From positions 1 through 64,000 of the forward strand of contig CAZCME010000023.1 in NCBI GenBank assembly GCA_964499705.1: a stretch of 64,000 nucleotides of DNA, read 5' to 3'. Shown here piece after piece: positions 16,626 to 31,600 of the stretch. The position numbers were made by a program, and so were the translations under genes. This DNA is from an uncultured bacterium (GTDB lineage: Bacteria; UBA8481). How positions within the stretch are numbered: the first letter of the stretch is position 1; each line of letters begins with the position of its first letter. The notes beneath the pieces were generated by a model, which made no database searches, was not told where the DNA came from, and saw only the letters and a program-made list of their open reading frames with translations.

Positions 16626-19600
16626 TTGCGATCCGGCATCGAATCCGAGATGAGAATCATGCGTCGCCCTTGGGCGTTGCTCCTCTTGTTTACCTGGTGC
16701 CTTGCCGCCGACGCGAATCCGAACAATTTGCGAGCCACCGGCACCATCACAAACGGCGACTGGTCCGCGACGGATTTCGATCTGGCCGCGCCGGGTGCCT
16801 TCCCAAACACCGGCATCTGGTCGACAACCGCCGTGGATCCCGATGACGGTTCGTTGCAGTACAAGTTCGTCGATGATCGCGACGCCGACCAGTGGCAAGA
16901 CCATTGGGGTGGCAATGGCGGCGGCGGCGATATCGCCTGGCCTGGTTTCGACCAGGTCAATGCGGCAAACTACAACGCAACCGAGTCCGGCAAATGGAAC
17001 ATCACCACAACGTCCGGAAAGTTCTACACGTTCCGATTCCTGGAAGTGGAGCGCGCCAACACATCCTGCGCCGTTCTGGTCACTGGCGCGGCGCCGGTCT
17101 CCATTTCTGCCGTCCGCGACGAACCCGACACCTCGAACAGCGGCCCCATCAGCATCGCGATCACGCTCTCCGGCGCGCCCAGCGCCGAGGAAGACATACT
17201 GCTCGTCTACACGAACGACGCATGGGCCACGCGCACGGTCGTCGACGCAACGGGAAGCGGAGCGAATTGGAATGCGCAGATTGCCGGGCAGAAGAGCGGG
17301 AAGACGATCCTGTATTATGTTGTCACTTCGACGGTCAATGCGGCGACATTCGCGGCTTTGACGACGGACAACGACAGGAACCTGATGAGCCTGAAAGGCG
17401 ACAACAACGGCGGGTCGAATTATCAATATTCCGTCGCTTACGTGCGCGTTGCAGGCGAGCAGACCGGATGGTCCACGACTCAGGATACGATGACCACGTC
17501 CCTGAATTGGCCGGATTCAAGCGTCTGGACCAAGAGGCAACAGATCACGGCAACAACTAATGAGGACTTCAAGTTCGTGCGTGGCACATCCGCCAGCGAC
17601 TGGGCGGGCCAGTGGACGTTCGGAAACGACGCTACGCCCGACAACGTCAATTCCGATTCCATGCTGACACTCCAGTTTTTGACGAGCGATCCGCGCGACG
17701 ACATGAAGATTCAATCGGTAACCGCGAACAACTATTTCACCTTCCGCCTCGACACTTCGGCCCTGCGTGGTATCGTGATGCAGACGGCGGCGGTGCCCGT
17801 CTCGATCACCACCGTACAGACCATTCCTGATACCTCCTCCGTCTCGGACGTCACCTGTTCGGTCTCGGTATCCGCGGCCCTGAGCGCTGAGGAGAGACTG
17901 CTCCTCGTCTATTCCATGGATGGGTGGGCGACACGTAAGGCGGTCCTGGCCACGCAGGTCAGCGGCGCCGACTACAACGCGACGATCCCAAGGGCCACCA
18001 GCGGCACGAGGGTCCAGTACTACGCGGTCACGACCACCGCGTCCGCGTCGGTCTACGAAGGTTATACGTATGCCCAGCAGATGGTCGCGACGCTGGCGGG
18101 CAACAATAACAACGGCGCAACCTACGGATATAACGTGACGCCGGTTGCGAAGACCATGCATACGATCTACCCGCCGCGCGGGGTCCACGGTCTGGGCGGT
18201 CGCGCTTTTTCGGACTCGGAGGTCATGGGGCTCGGGGGGGCGGACAAGACCGCATACATGACATGGGATACGACCTACATCTACGTCGCCTTCGTCTCGA
18301 CCGCTACGAATGCCGACAACACGAATAAATATAACGTCGCCTTCGACCTGAATCCCGGTGCGGCGGACGGCGCGACGGCATTGTTTTCGACGCGGAGCAA
18401 CTGGAATAACTCGAACCGACCCGACGTGGCCTATCAGATCGTCAACAGTGTTGTAAACCGATATCCGGACGACGGTGGCACCGGGTGGAGTGGAGGTTCG
18501 GACGTTACGAGTTCCTGCACCACGTCGTTCCAATACGATAACGCAGGAGCGGCGGACACCGTCATCGTCGGCATCCCGCGTTCCAATATCGGAATCGCAT
18601 CCACATTGGACTCGGTCACCATCTGGATGTGGGCCTGCACGAACGGCGAGGCTCTCCTTCAGAACTTCGACAACTCCGTGTATGGATTCAACTACCTGGC
18701 CACGGACTCGGGCATGGCTCCCAACGACACGACGGCGGAAGGATCACTGGCTTCCTTCACGGTCACGCCCCGGCGATCGAGGACGGATTCCTTCACCGTC
18801 GTCGTTACGCCGCCTACTTCCGTCGACGCGTCCAGTTACGGCGGATTCTATTACAAGGTGGATACTCCTCCGGGCAGCGACACGGACGGCACGCTCGTGG
18901 TGGGCGCCCGCGTCATCGCCGTCTCCGCGCAAACAGGCGCAGCCTCGGAAAGTGTCTACGTCTGGCCGGTCGACCGATGCTTGAACGCATCGCGCGCCAA
19001 CCGGATCGGCAGCACGTGGCGGTACGACAAGCTGAACTATTGGCCCGACACGATCGTCATCAACGAGGTGTTGGCGGTGGATGCCACGAATAACGTGAAG
19101 ATCTCGCCGGTGATCGCGGACTCCTTCTGCTTCGTCGAGCTCTACAATGCATCCGCCGTGAGTGTCGACGTGAGCGGCTGGGTCATTGCGGATACCGGCA
19201 CGTCCGGAACGGTGACAACCTGGACAATACCCGCGGCCACCACGCTTCCGACGGGCAAATATCTCGTCTATCATATGAAGACCGGAACGAATTACACCGA
19301 CAGTTGGGGAACGATCCACTGTTTTCCTGCCTCGAACCAATCCATCAATCCCGGAACCGCCAGCAAGATCAGCGCGTATTCCCTCTACAACAGTTCTTCG
19401 CTCGACAGCGCTCATCTGATCGATTTCTTCGTGGTCAGCACGGCCGCCGGGCCCACGGTCAACTATTCCGACAGCATGGCGCTCGCTCGGAGCATCTGGG
19501 ATTCCGGCTCGGTCTACAGGGCGGTCACGACGATGACCGGCACAAGCGTTGGTTTAAGCCCCGACGGAAATGACAACGACACGACGACGGACTGGGTTCA

Positions 19601-22600
19601 CGCAACAAGCGCTCCGACGTGGAGCCCGGGATTTTCCAACGGTGACGGTTCGCGGCAGACGATCGGGTCGAACGACATCCGCTTCACGAACGCGGATTAT
19701 TCCACCAACAGGGAAACGGCGGTTGTTCCAGGCGATACAATCCATGTCTACGCCAGGGTAACCACGGATGCCAACGCAGGTGGAATCAATAACGTACCGC
19801 TGATTGTGTATTCCGCCCGGGACACCATCGTCATCACGCTCCGCGAAACCGGAAACAACTCCAAGGATTTCATCGGCTACTTCACGACCACCAAGATCTA
19901 CACAAACAAGAAGGACAACGAGCTATTCGTGGTCGAACCGGACATCATCTTCTGCACGACGGTCATAGGAGGCGGAACGGACACCTACACTACACAACAT
20001 GCCGCCGATTCGATTTATGTCCAGGTGGGCAGAAACTTCTGGTATCTGAACGACGGCTCCACCACAGGCGATTCGTTCACGTCCGCGGCCGGCGACGACG
20101 CCAACGACGGGCTGACGAAATCGACACCGAAGCTGACGCTCGGCGCGATCATCTCCCTGATGTCGCCCGGCGACACGGTCCTGATCGATTCAGGACGCTT
20201 CACCCTGGGTGCCAGCGTCGCGCCGAAATCCTGGGACGCCTTCATTGGAATGGACTCGCACAACACGGTCCTGAACATGGCCTCCCTGTACAAGTTCACG
20301 ATCACGAACGAATCCAACGTCGTCCTTCGCGACCTGGCGATTCACGATCCCAACATCAACGCCATCGCGACGAACAACGCGGACTCGTGCGAATTCACGC
20401 GGTTGCGGATCCTGAACGGCGCCGGCACCGGCGCCTCGGTCGAGATCAACAACGGTTCGGACTCAAATCGCATCTCACAATTATGGATTACGGGCGGTGC
20501 CGGCTACGGCATCAACCTGATCGGCTCCGACTCGAACCTCCTCGAGAATTGTCTTGTGGAGACGCGCACTCAATACGGAATACTTCTCAACAGCGGCGCC
20601 GATACGAATGTTCTGCGTATTTGCACCGTCCGAGGCGGGGCGCAATCGGGAATAGTCGTGGACGGTTCGACAGGCAACAGGATCGAGACCTGGGTCTCCG
20701 AAAACAACGCGAATATCGGCGTCATCCTCGCAGCGTCCGCAAAGAGTAACCTGATGCGTTGGGGAACTTCGCGAAATAATGCTCAGATCGGATTCCAGCT
20801 TTCGAACGCTGCCCAGGACAACACGGTCGAATCGAATGCGATCATCAACAATACGCAGAGCGGCCTTCAGGTGACGCAGACCTCAACTTCCAGGAATCTC
20901 ATAAAGTCTAATCTCATCCGCTCCAACTCCCAGTGGGGCATCCACGTCACCACCGACGCGGACGCGAATTACTACGTGACGAACATCGTCGATTCGAACG
21001 CCTTTGAAGGAATCTACATCGAAGGCGGGTCCCAGAACTCCTTCTTCATCGGAAACAGGATCGCGTATAACGGCGGCACGGACGCGACAAGGGACGGCGT
21101 CGAAGTGTTTGACGGTACGGGCAATATCTTTTCGCAGAACGAATTCGACTCGAACACGGGCTACGCGATGGTCCTGACGGTCGCGACGACGGTAAACAAG
21201 AACACATTCCTGAGGGCGTCCGGCGGGCAGACCGACAGTGTCTCCTGCAATGTCATCGGGCAGGATCTGACGCGCAACTATTGGGGCGCCATAGACACGA
21301 CGAGCATTCGAAACCGGATCGCCGGAGGCCAGGCCGCGACGGCCACCTACACTTCGTACAGGCTGGGACCCGTCGATACGACGTCCGCGAGCGTCGATAC
21401 CGTGGCTCCTCGGGCACCCGATACAGTCTCGGCGTCACCCTACTCGCCCACGGAAATCCAGATCTCATGGCATCCGGCTACCGTCGACGAGCAGACCAAT
21501 CCGTTTTCCGTAAACACGACCGCGTACAAGATTTATCGCTCCACGGATTCCATGAACTGGGCGCTTCGCGGCACCGTTGACAACACGACACTCACGTACA
21601 TCGATTCCGGTCTCGCGGGCGGCATCACGTATCTGTACAAGGTGACAGCGTACGATGACAACGCGATCCGCAAGAATGAGGCGGCGTTCGTGGATACGAA
21701 CGCTAACAGCACGGTGCAGGATCTCTCCACCATCCCCAACGCCTGGTACGTCAACGACACGACCTACGACGCCAACGACAGCTTCTGCTCCGCGGTTGGC
21801 AACTACTCCAATGGCGGTTCTTCCGCTTCCGCTCCGTTCATCCGGATCGACTCCGCCTTCGCGACTCTATCAGCGGGCGACACGATCTTTGTCGACGCCG
21901 GCACATTCCTCGCCTTCGACACGCTGCGGGTCAAGGTCGGTCCCGTCTGGATCATCGGCGTCGATTCATCGAAGACGATCATCAACTTCAACGATTCCTC
22001 CGCGGCGAGCTTCAGGGCTATCATCTGCACGTACACGTTCCAATCGACCATCCGCGATCTTCAGGTCAAGAATGCCTGGAACGCCATTTACGTTCACAAC
22101 ACCGACTCCGCCGAAATCGTCCGTTGCCGTTCCTCGAACAGCTACATCGGATTCAACTTCGAAAGCGGTTCGGAATCGGGCTCGGTGGTCGCATGCCGGT
22201 CGGATTCCAACGACGCCTTCGGATTCTACTTCGGAGACGCCGATTGGTGGACGCTAAACAACTGCCTCTCAGAATCGAATATCTCAACCGGCTACTACTT
22301 CACCGCCGACGCTGATTCCAATCGCTTGACGACCTGCGCCTCCTACTTTGATCGCCTGGACGCTTTCGAAGTGACGGGCGGTTGCGATTCCAACACATTT
22401 ATCTCCTGCCAGGGCGTCAACAATATTTCCGGCGCGGGCTTCGCGATCAACGGCGGCCGGGACAATACATTCCGGCTGTGCTCCTCAAAGAACAACTCGA
22501 ACCAGGGCTACTGGATTGCATCGAACGACAACAATTTCGTCCTCGACACAGCCAGCGGCAACACCGTCGGCTACTTCATGAACTTTGTCTCGGGCATCTG

Positions 22601-25600
22601 GGTCTACGGATGCACGGCGACCCAGACCACGTCTTACGGCTTCCAGTTCTACGGTTCCTCATACGACACCGTCACGCTCTGCCGAGCGGAAACCAGCGTC
22701 AGCCACGGAATCTTCGTTAACAACAACTCCGATTTCAATCTGATATCCTACTCGACCTCCGTCGGCAACATCTCGAGCGGCGACGGCTTCCAGGCGGCTG
22801 TCGGCAGCGATTCGAATCTCTTTCTCGGAAACTACGCCAGCGGCAACGGGGGCGCGGGTTTTGCGATCCAGGACACCGGCATCAACAACACGTTGCGCTC
22901 CAATTCCTCCATCAACAACACGGCTCAGAGCTACTGGAACGCGCCGGATTATACATTTTTCTTCGATAACATCGCGCGAGGCGGTACTTCCGGCATCACG
23001 TACAATACTGCGGGTTTTGGAGTCGTCGACGGCTGCACGCTGACCGGCTCGTCCGGATACGGCATCGAGCTGAACGGCTCATCCTGGAACGATCTTCGCA
23101 ACAACGTTATCTCCGGTCACACCTCCGACGGAATCCGTGTCGGCAACCAGACTCAAGGATGCACCCTGTCGTACAACGTCATCAGCGGAAACGGCGACGT
23201 CGGTATCCGCGTCTTCGACAATGGCGACAACAACTACCTTGTCGGAAACAGGGTCGAAACAAATGTCACCGACGGAATCCTCCTGCAGGGAGCGGGAGCG
23301 GGCACCACGGACAACTGTTATCTCCGCGCCAACTACATCCGCGCCAACAAGGTCTCTGGATTGAAACTGCTTTCCGCTACGAACAACCTTCTTGAGGACA
23401 ACGAGGCCGATTCGAGCGGAGACTACGCGCTCTTCGTGGACGCGCCCTCCACCGGCAACACGTTCCGCCAGAACAACTTCAATCCGAAGGCCGGAGACAC
23501 GACGCTCATCCTGATGGCGCCTGAGGATCAGGCGTTCTACAGGAACTGGTTCGGCACGACAGACTCCAATGCGGTCCGCGGACGAATCATCGGCGACGGC
23601 GCGGATCGGATCCTCTACATCCCCTATCGTCTCTCACCGATCGATACCTCAACGTACGGCACAGACACCGTCTCGCCTGCCGCGCCTGACACGATCGCCG
23701 CCGTCGCGATCACGGCTTCCACGATCAAGGTCTCCTGGGGACCGGTGACGACCGACGAGGAGTCCGACTCGAACGCCATCAGCCTGACAGGATATCGCGT
23801 CTACCGCGCGACGAGTTCGACCGCGACCGACTGGACGCTCTTCGGCGCCGTCGCTTCCGGAGTGACCGAACTCGTCGACTCGAACCTCGCCTCCGCGACG
23901 GCCTATTACTACCGGGTCGCCGCCTTCGACGCGGTGACCCCTTATCCCAACGTCTCGTTCTGGTCGGCCGTCTCCACCGGCGAGACGACCTTCTTCCGAA
24001 CGAACTCCTGGCACATCGCGACGAACAACGAACCGGACACGGCGACCGACGCCGACGCATACATGCGCACGACAACGCGCGACGGCGTCGACACGATGTG
24101 GCCGCGACGCAGAACGACCGACTCGGGCGTTATCTTCTGGCTCGGCAAGTTCCCGACGACCGACACGCCGACAGCCGCCATGTATTATCGGACGTCGGAT
24201 TCCGTTGGCTGGGACTCGATCAGCTACTCCGAAACGACAACTATCGCGTCTCCGTCGAACGCGTATTTCCGTTTCATTCTCTCCCAGGAGAATACGGCCC
24301 AGTGGGACCGCGGCGACACGATCTACTACTACTTCCGCCTGACCGGAGCTCGGAACGATACGACATATGTCTTCGGTTCCAATGCCCCCGACAACGTCAC
24401 GACGAACGACAGCGAACAGTCCGAATCGATGGCTCAGGCGAATCCGTACGCTTACGTCATTCGATCGACTAAGCCCATCGCGACGACCGTCAGCAATCCA
24501 CTCTCGGGCGCTGACGTATACAACAGGAGGCCAACGATCTCATGGAAGGCCGCTGTCGACGTCGATACCCCCGCCGACGACGGGATCACGGATTATTTCT
24601 TCGACTTCGATGACAACGCCGATATGAGCTCGCCGATCACGGCGGAGCAGGGATGGAAGGGAAACGTCACGAGCTACACGATCGCCAGCAACCTGACGAT
24701 CGATCAGACGTATTACTGGCGCGTGAACGCGAAGGATTCCTACGGCTTTGTCTCCGATTCGTCGTCCATTTTCAACTTTACGGTTCGACTGGGAGCGCGC
24801 GGCATCGACGGCGACACCTCCGACTGGTCGTCGAGCTACCCGACGGCGAACGACACCTCGCTCATCAAGGATTCGGAGTTCATATGGAAAGGCGCGCACG
24901 TCGACCGCAGGGTGGACTTCAACCCGCCCGACGCCGACAACAACTATGACATGAATTATTTCCGCGTCACTGCGGATCCCTCGAATATCTATTTCCTCTG
25001 GTCGGCCCTCGATATTGTCTCCACAGCCAATCCGATGATTTCGATCGGCGTGGATACGGACATGGCTTACAGGAGCGGCGCGAAGGATCTGGGAGGAAAC
25101 TGCAAGACGACGGCGCACCCCGATTCGGCGCTGCCTGAGATCGCCATCCTCGCCAACATCACGCGAACCGGTTACTGGCCGACGAATCTCGGCGCCGACC
25201 AATTCTATACGCGTGGAGCGGGATGGATCGAGGCGGCGGACACTTCGAATTCGATCGAGCTCTCCATGCCGTGGAATGATCTCGGCAAGTCGCTCCCCTG
25301 CCGGATCCGCCTGACCGTCGTCGGCGGAAAGGCCAACGGCATCGACTACGCCCAGTCCGGCGGCTGGGACGCGAACACGATGTCCCGCACGCTCGACGGC
25401 ATCACGCTGAAGGAACGGAAGGATTCGCAATCCGGCAATTGGTACGGCGAAGTCACGACCCCCGATACGACAGCCGCCTACTACTTCGAGGTCGACTTCG
25501 ACACCTGGGGCAAGGCCATCCCGAACAAGATGATGGTCACGCCTCCGCCCGACCGCCAGAACACGCTGACTCCCTTCACCGTCACCGTCCGCGCCGCGGA

Positions 25601-28600
25601 CTTCAACGGCAACGCCTGCCCGCAGTTCGCCGAGAGCGTCAGCTTCTCGCACAACGGCGCGGGCACTCTGACGACGATCGACACGACGGCATGGGTGAAC
25701 GGAGTAATGACCGCGACGCTCATGTATTCGCGGCAGGAGACGGTCACGATCACCTGCAAGGATATGAAGAACGGCAAGACCGGAAATTGCACCGTTGCGT
25801 TCCGCGCGAAGCCGGTTGTCCGGATCAGCGAAGTCGGCGTCGCCTACACGACATCCGATGCGGACAGCGACTTTGTCGAGCTCTTTGTCGCTTACGATCA
25901 TAACGACGGCCAGGGCGTCGACCTGAAGAACTGGAAGATCTATACGACAACCTCCGGGTCGCCACAGTTGCGGAAGACGCTGGGGACAATGAGCGTCAAG
26001 GAAAGCTCCTTCATTACGCTCTGGTTCGAGGGCGATCCCGCGGGCGACGAAGTTACGGATGGAACCGACAGCCGGGCCAATCTCTTCACGGCGGCCACGA
26101 ACTCCTCCATGCCGTCGACGGAGGGCCTGATTCAACTCGTCACCGATGTCGCGGGCGAAACAATCGACGCGGTTCCATGGAATGACGGAAACGCTTCCGC
26201 GGCGGCGATCGATGCGCAGCTCCAATTGCTTGTCGATACATCGCTTTGGTCGCCGGACAACGATACGGACAACATGGTTCTCAACACGCTTCTGGGAACA
26301 AAGGGCTATGCCGCTCGCCGCAGCGCGTCCTTCACGGACTCCAACCTTGAAGGCGACTGGACGCCGGACACACAGACGCCGGGCAACTATCCCGGTTCAA
26401 GCTATGTCGTCTACACCGACTCGGCGAGCCCGTCCGCGTCCGGTGACAGCTTCAGCCTCCGGATCTTCGCGGTGGACAGCCGCGGCGATTCAATCGTGAA
26501 TGGCCGATTCCGGCCGATGCTCACACTCTCCGCCGGAACGCTGACGACCATGCGCGCGTCCAACAGGATCGCCTTCGACGTCAAGCACCCCGATTTCTTC
26601 TCCGGGGACACGCGCTGCAGCGTGGCGGTCTTCGGAACCCAGGGAGCGCAGACGATCACCTGCGCCTCGGGCTCGATGAGCGGCCAGGTCGCGCTGACCG
26701 TGCAGGGCATTCTCGACTCCTTCCTCCTCAATGCCCCGCTGCAGGAGAAGCGCGCCGATTCCTTCTCGCTCCGCATCCGCGCCAGCGACAGGAACAACAA
26801 CACGATCTCGACCTTCACGGGAGCCGTGACGCTCTCGATCAGCGACTACAACATCGTCCCGACCACGGTCACCTTCATCGCGGCCGACAACGGCGACACG
26901 ACGATTCCGTGCCAGATCGGCGGCGCGGCGGCGGCTGGAGCCCTGACGATCACGGCAAGCGGAGGCGGGAAGACCGGAACCTGCACGACAACGCCTCTGA
27001 CGGATACATCGTTCTTCATCACGGAGTTTCTGCCGAACGACACGGACCGTCCACGCATCTCTCCGGCTCGCGACCGCGACGAGTTCGTCGAGTTCTTCAA
27101 CGCGGGCGCGGCTTCGCGCGCGATCGGCGGCTATACCTTCCGGATGATCACGGTGAGCGGAACGGACCGGACTTACACCTTTCCGGCCTTGACGGTTCCG
27201 GCGGGCAAGTTCGTCGTCGTTCACTTCAACAAGCAGGGCGTGGATGACATGAACTTCAACGACACGGACAAGGCCGCCCACTTGTACAGCTTCAACTCCT
27301 CGCCCGCTATGACCGACTCGGAGGACATCATTCCGCATTCCTCGGTCCCGATCGGCCTCTTCCTCTATTCCTCCTCGACCCAGGACTCCACCACGGTCGT
27401 CGACTACGTCGGATTCGACGGCGGCGCGTCATCGGATGCGGGACTCCCGGATACGGATGCCGTCAACGGCGGCATCTGGACGAACGCGCTGACGCTCAAT
27501 CTCCCGACGACCGCGGAAAACCAGAAAGGCCGGTCCTTCTACCGCGTGAACGAGCGGGTCGATGCGAACGGGCAAGGGAGCGCGGAGTGGTCCACGATCG
27601 CGTCGGACGGCACGACGGATTCCTACCGCTACACGGAAGGCTTCTCCAACGTGAACACTCAGCCGACGTCTCCGACGATCACGCTGCGGACGACATCCTC
27701 GGTGGCCGGCGATACGTTCGTGGCGGGCGATACGATTTCCATCACTCTCAACGGCACGGACGGCGACGCGGCTTCGATCAATACAACAAATGTCTTTGTC
27801 TACTCTGACACCGATGGCCAGGGCATCGTGGTGACGCTGACGGAGACGACCGCGAACTCCGGCCGTTTCATCGGCGAGGCCTACGCCGCAACGTCGCCCC
27901 TGGAATCGAACGACGGCATGCGGATCATCGCGGCGCAACCGAACGACAGCCTCACGGTCCAGTGGGTTGTCTCCCCGACCGTGAAGAAATCGACGGCGTC
28001 GACGGGCGAGCTGAACAACTTCTATTTCGAAGCGCCGGCGGTCGTCCAGTCGGGCGAGTTGTTCACGATCACGATCCGGGCGCGCGACGCGGGCAATTAC
28101 ACCGTCTCCAACTATTCCGGCAACATCAGCCTCGGAGCGACCGACTCCATCGTCTATCCCGATTCCGTCAACATCCTCTCGGGCGGCAACGGCGAGACAA
28201 GCGCGGTCGTCTCCCTCGGCGCCAGCTCCGGCCTCGTCACGCTCACCTGCACCGGAAGCACAAAAATCGGCACGGTGCAGGTGAGAGTTATCGCGGATAC
28301 AGCCCTTCTGGTCAATGAAGTGATGCCCAACCCCGGAGTCATCGACTGGAACGGATCCGGCGCGGCGGACGAGGCGCAGGACGAATGGATCGAGCTGTAC
28401 AACAAGAGCACGGACGCCATCGACCTGACGGCAATGAAGGTCACGCACGCGCAATCGACAACGAACATCACGCTCGGCGATTCGATCCTCCCGAAGGGAT
28501 ATGTCACCATCTACCGCTACACGACGAACAACGCGGTCTCCTACCACTTCGATTCGATGGGCATTCTCGTGAACACAAAGAGCGGACTGACCGGAGGCTG

Positions 28601-31600
28601 GTCGGACAACGCTCCGAACGGGGGAAGCACCTTCTCGATCCTGACGCCGAACAACGAGACACTGGCTGTGCTGGTCTATCCCTCGATGGAGAATGACTCC
28701 TCCTATGGCCGCGCTCCGGACGGTGTTTCGGCCTGGAACAGCTTCAAGAAGCCGTCGCAGGGTCTGGCGCCGAACCTCGGCCCGGACACAATCTCAAGCT
28801 TCAATGCGCTCTTCACGGTGGACGCGCCCGTCAACGTCCAATTGAACTCCGCTTTTACGATGAACGCGGCGCTCCTGACAAGAAATGGCGACACGGTGAC
28901 TTCCTTCACCGAAACCGCCCAGATCATCGTGGTGACGAACGGCGCGGCGTCGCCCGCATCCGCTTCGTTCACGAACGGCGTGACGGCGACGTCGGTGACT
29001 TACACCGCCGGCAATACCAACGAGTCCTCCGGCCTCTATGTTCGCCGCTACGCCGGCATCCAGGGCTTCGACACGGTCACGATCATCACGTCGTCCGCCC
29101 TGAGTCGCGAAACGTCTCAGGTCTCCGTCGAACAGGGCATCGCCAACGGCGTTGACACAGGCGGGATCCAGGTCGTCGTCCTGACGGCCGCAGGCGCCGG
29201 CGTATCCGGCATCGTCGTTTCCTGCACATCGTCCAAGGGCGCTCTCGATACGATCACGCCTTCTTCGTACACGACGACGGCCAATGGCGTCTGCACATTC
29301 ACGATCGTCTCGCGCGACACGGCTCCGTCGAAAATCTGGGTCGTCGCCGACGGTATGTCGCTCTATGACTCGCCCTCCCTCACCTGGCTCGATCCGAATG
29401 AATCCGGCGTCAGCACCAATTTCGGGACGAAGTCCACACTCCTGACCGTCGACGACGACTCCCACTTCATCCTCTTCCCCGTCTGGCGTCCGGACGGAAA
29501 AGCCCTGGCCTACATGGCGAAAACAGCCGCCGTCGACACCTGGTGCATTTACGTCGTGTACGACGATGGCGCGCACAACGATGGATCGGCGAATGACGGC
29601 ACCTTCAGCGATCCCCTGCAGGTCACAAGCACCACGCACTGCGTCTTCCCCGGCTCGCGGCCCTGCTTCACGGATATCCTCGACGCCGGCGGAGCGCGCG
29701 TCGCCATGGGCGCCGGCGGTGACGGCGTGCCTGATATTGTCTACTCCGCGTTCAACGGAAATAACCGAAAGGATCTCTACGTCGTCCGAGCGAATGCGGA
29801 AGATTCGCTCACCGCCAAGGGCTCGCTCGTCCGGCTCACCGATAACTCCGGCAACTGGACGAGCCCGACATCGACTCCGGACACGGACGCGATGTATGCC
29901 ATCTTCCAGGGGAGCATGTATCGCATCTACGGCAAGGGCACGCTGCAATGGGGATCGTGGGCCAGCGCGGAGAAGATCCTGGAGGCCGGAACCGCCGTGG
30001 ACTTCATGATCGCGGGCGAGCCGTATGCCGTCGTGGATATCGCCCCCTACGACAAGAACATGTGCGCGGTGACGCTTGTCCTCAATAAGATCGGCATCCC
30101 GCTCAAGAACAAGCGCTCCTACATCGGCGTCGTCGTCGGGCTCGACACGGCGCAATATCGGCAGTGGACGGAGACGAGCGCCGTCAAGCTCGTCAACCGT
30201 CCCGATTCGATGATCGCCTGGAATCTCTCGTGGGACACCGGCGGCCGCGCTCTTTCGTGGGCGCGCGACATCAACGGAAACTTCAGCTGGTTGAATCTCT
30301 GGTCCCGCCACGCCGCGCCAGAAGCCGCGTATGTCGGAACGAACTTCGATGTGGAAGTCGTCTATGTCACGGAAACCGGTTCCACGCCGAACCGTCCGAC
30401 CTCGCTCATCAATAACGTCGCCAACTTCAACGACCAGTCGGCGAATTTCTCTCAAGGATCCGAGGCGCGCATTGCCTACTGCACGTACGACACGACGGTG
30501 GCGGGCGGCCAGGTGAAGTTGAACATCGTGAATATCGATGGCGTGACGGCCGTCAACACGAGCGGAGGAATTCTTTTCCAGAACGGACGCGTCACCGCGG
30601 TTGTTGATGAAGGAGACAACCTCTCGGGGTCAGTGGAAATCAAAGTCGTGAAACCCACGTCAGCTCCTTCCAATTCGACGCCGGAGTCGATCGCACTGAC
30701 CGGCAACGCGCGCGAGTTCTTCCCGCACGGACACACCTTTGACGATTCCATCACCGTCATCCTCTATTACGACGCTGCCGATCTCACGGCGGCCAGCATC
30801 ACGGATGGCACCGCCGGTGAATATTCGCTGAAGGTATACTGGTACAATTCGACAGTCGGGCGCTGGGAGGATTACCACGCGGTCGTCGATCCGACGAACC
30901 GGAACGGCGCGCTCGGATCCCTGACGTTCCAGACGAATCACTTCTCCACGTTCGGAGTGGGCCTGGAGGTCGGCAACAAGCCGTCAGAGCCGGCGCTCAT
31001 CTCGCCGGCGGACGGCTCGACGATATCGAGCCTGTCGCAGGTCTTCACGTGGCAGCATTATGACACGACCGCGCGACCGCAAACTTCGTTCCGACTCCAG
31101 ATCGCCCCGGACACCGGATTCTCGTCGACCATGGCCGACGTCATCCGCGACCAGGCGGAGACCTCGACATCCGTGACGCTGCCCATCGGTGACAGCGCCC
31201 TTTGGTGGCGCGTTCAGACCGCTGCATCCGGGCGGGCCTTCGGCTCGTGGTCCGGCTACCGGGCCTTCACGACCGCGATTCACCCGCCGGACGCGCCGGC
31301 GCTCGTCGCGCCCGCGGCCAACTCGGATACCACCGTCTTCACGCCGCTATTCGCATGGCAGCATGTCGATCGCGACACCGATCCGCAGTCGCGCTTCCAA
31401 TTCACGATCGCGACGGATTCATCCTTCGTCAATGAAGTCCACTCGATCGCGACGGAATCGACAGCTTCGTCAACACAGGTGCCCGGCGGCCTCGCCGCGG
31501 GCTCGTATTACTGGCGCGTTCGCACCGCTGACCTGACGGGATACGGCGCGTGGTCGGCCATTCGGTCGCTGCGCGTATCTTCACAGGGACTCTCTCCATT

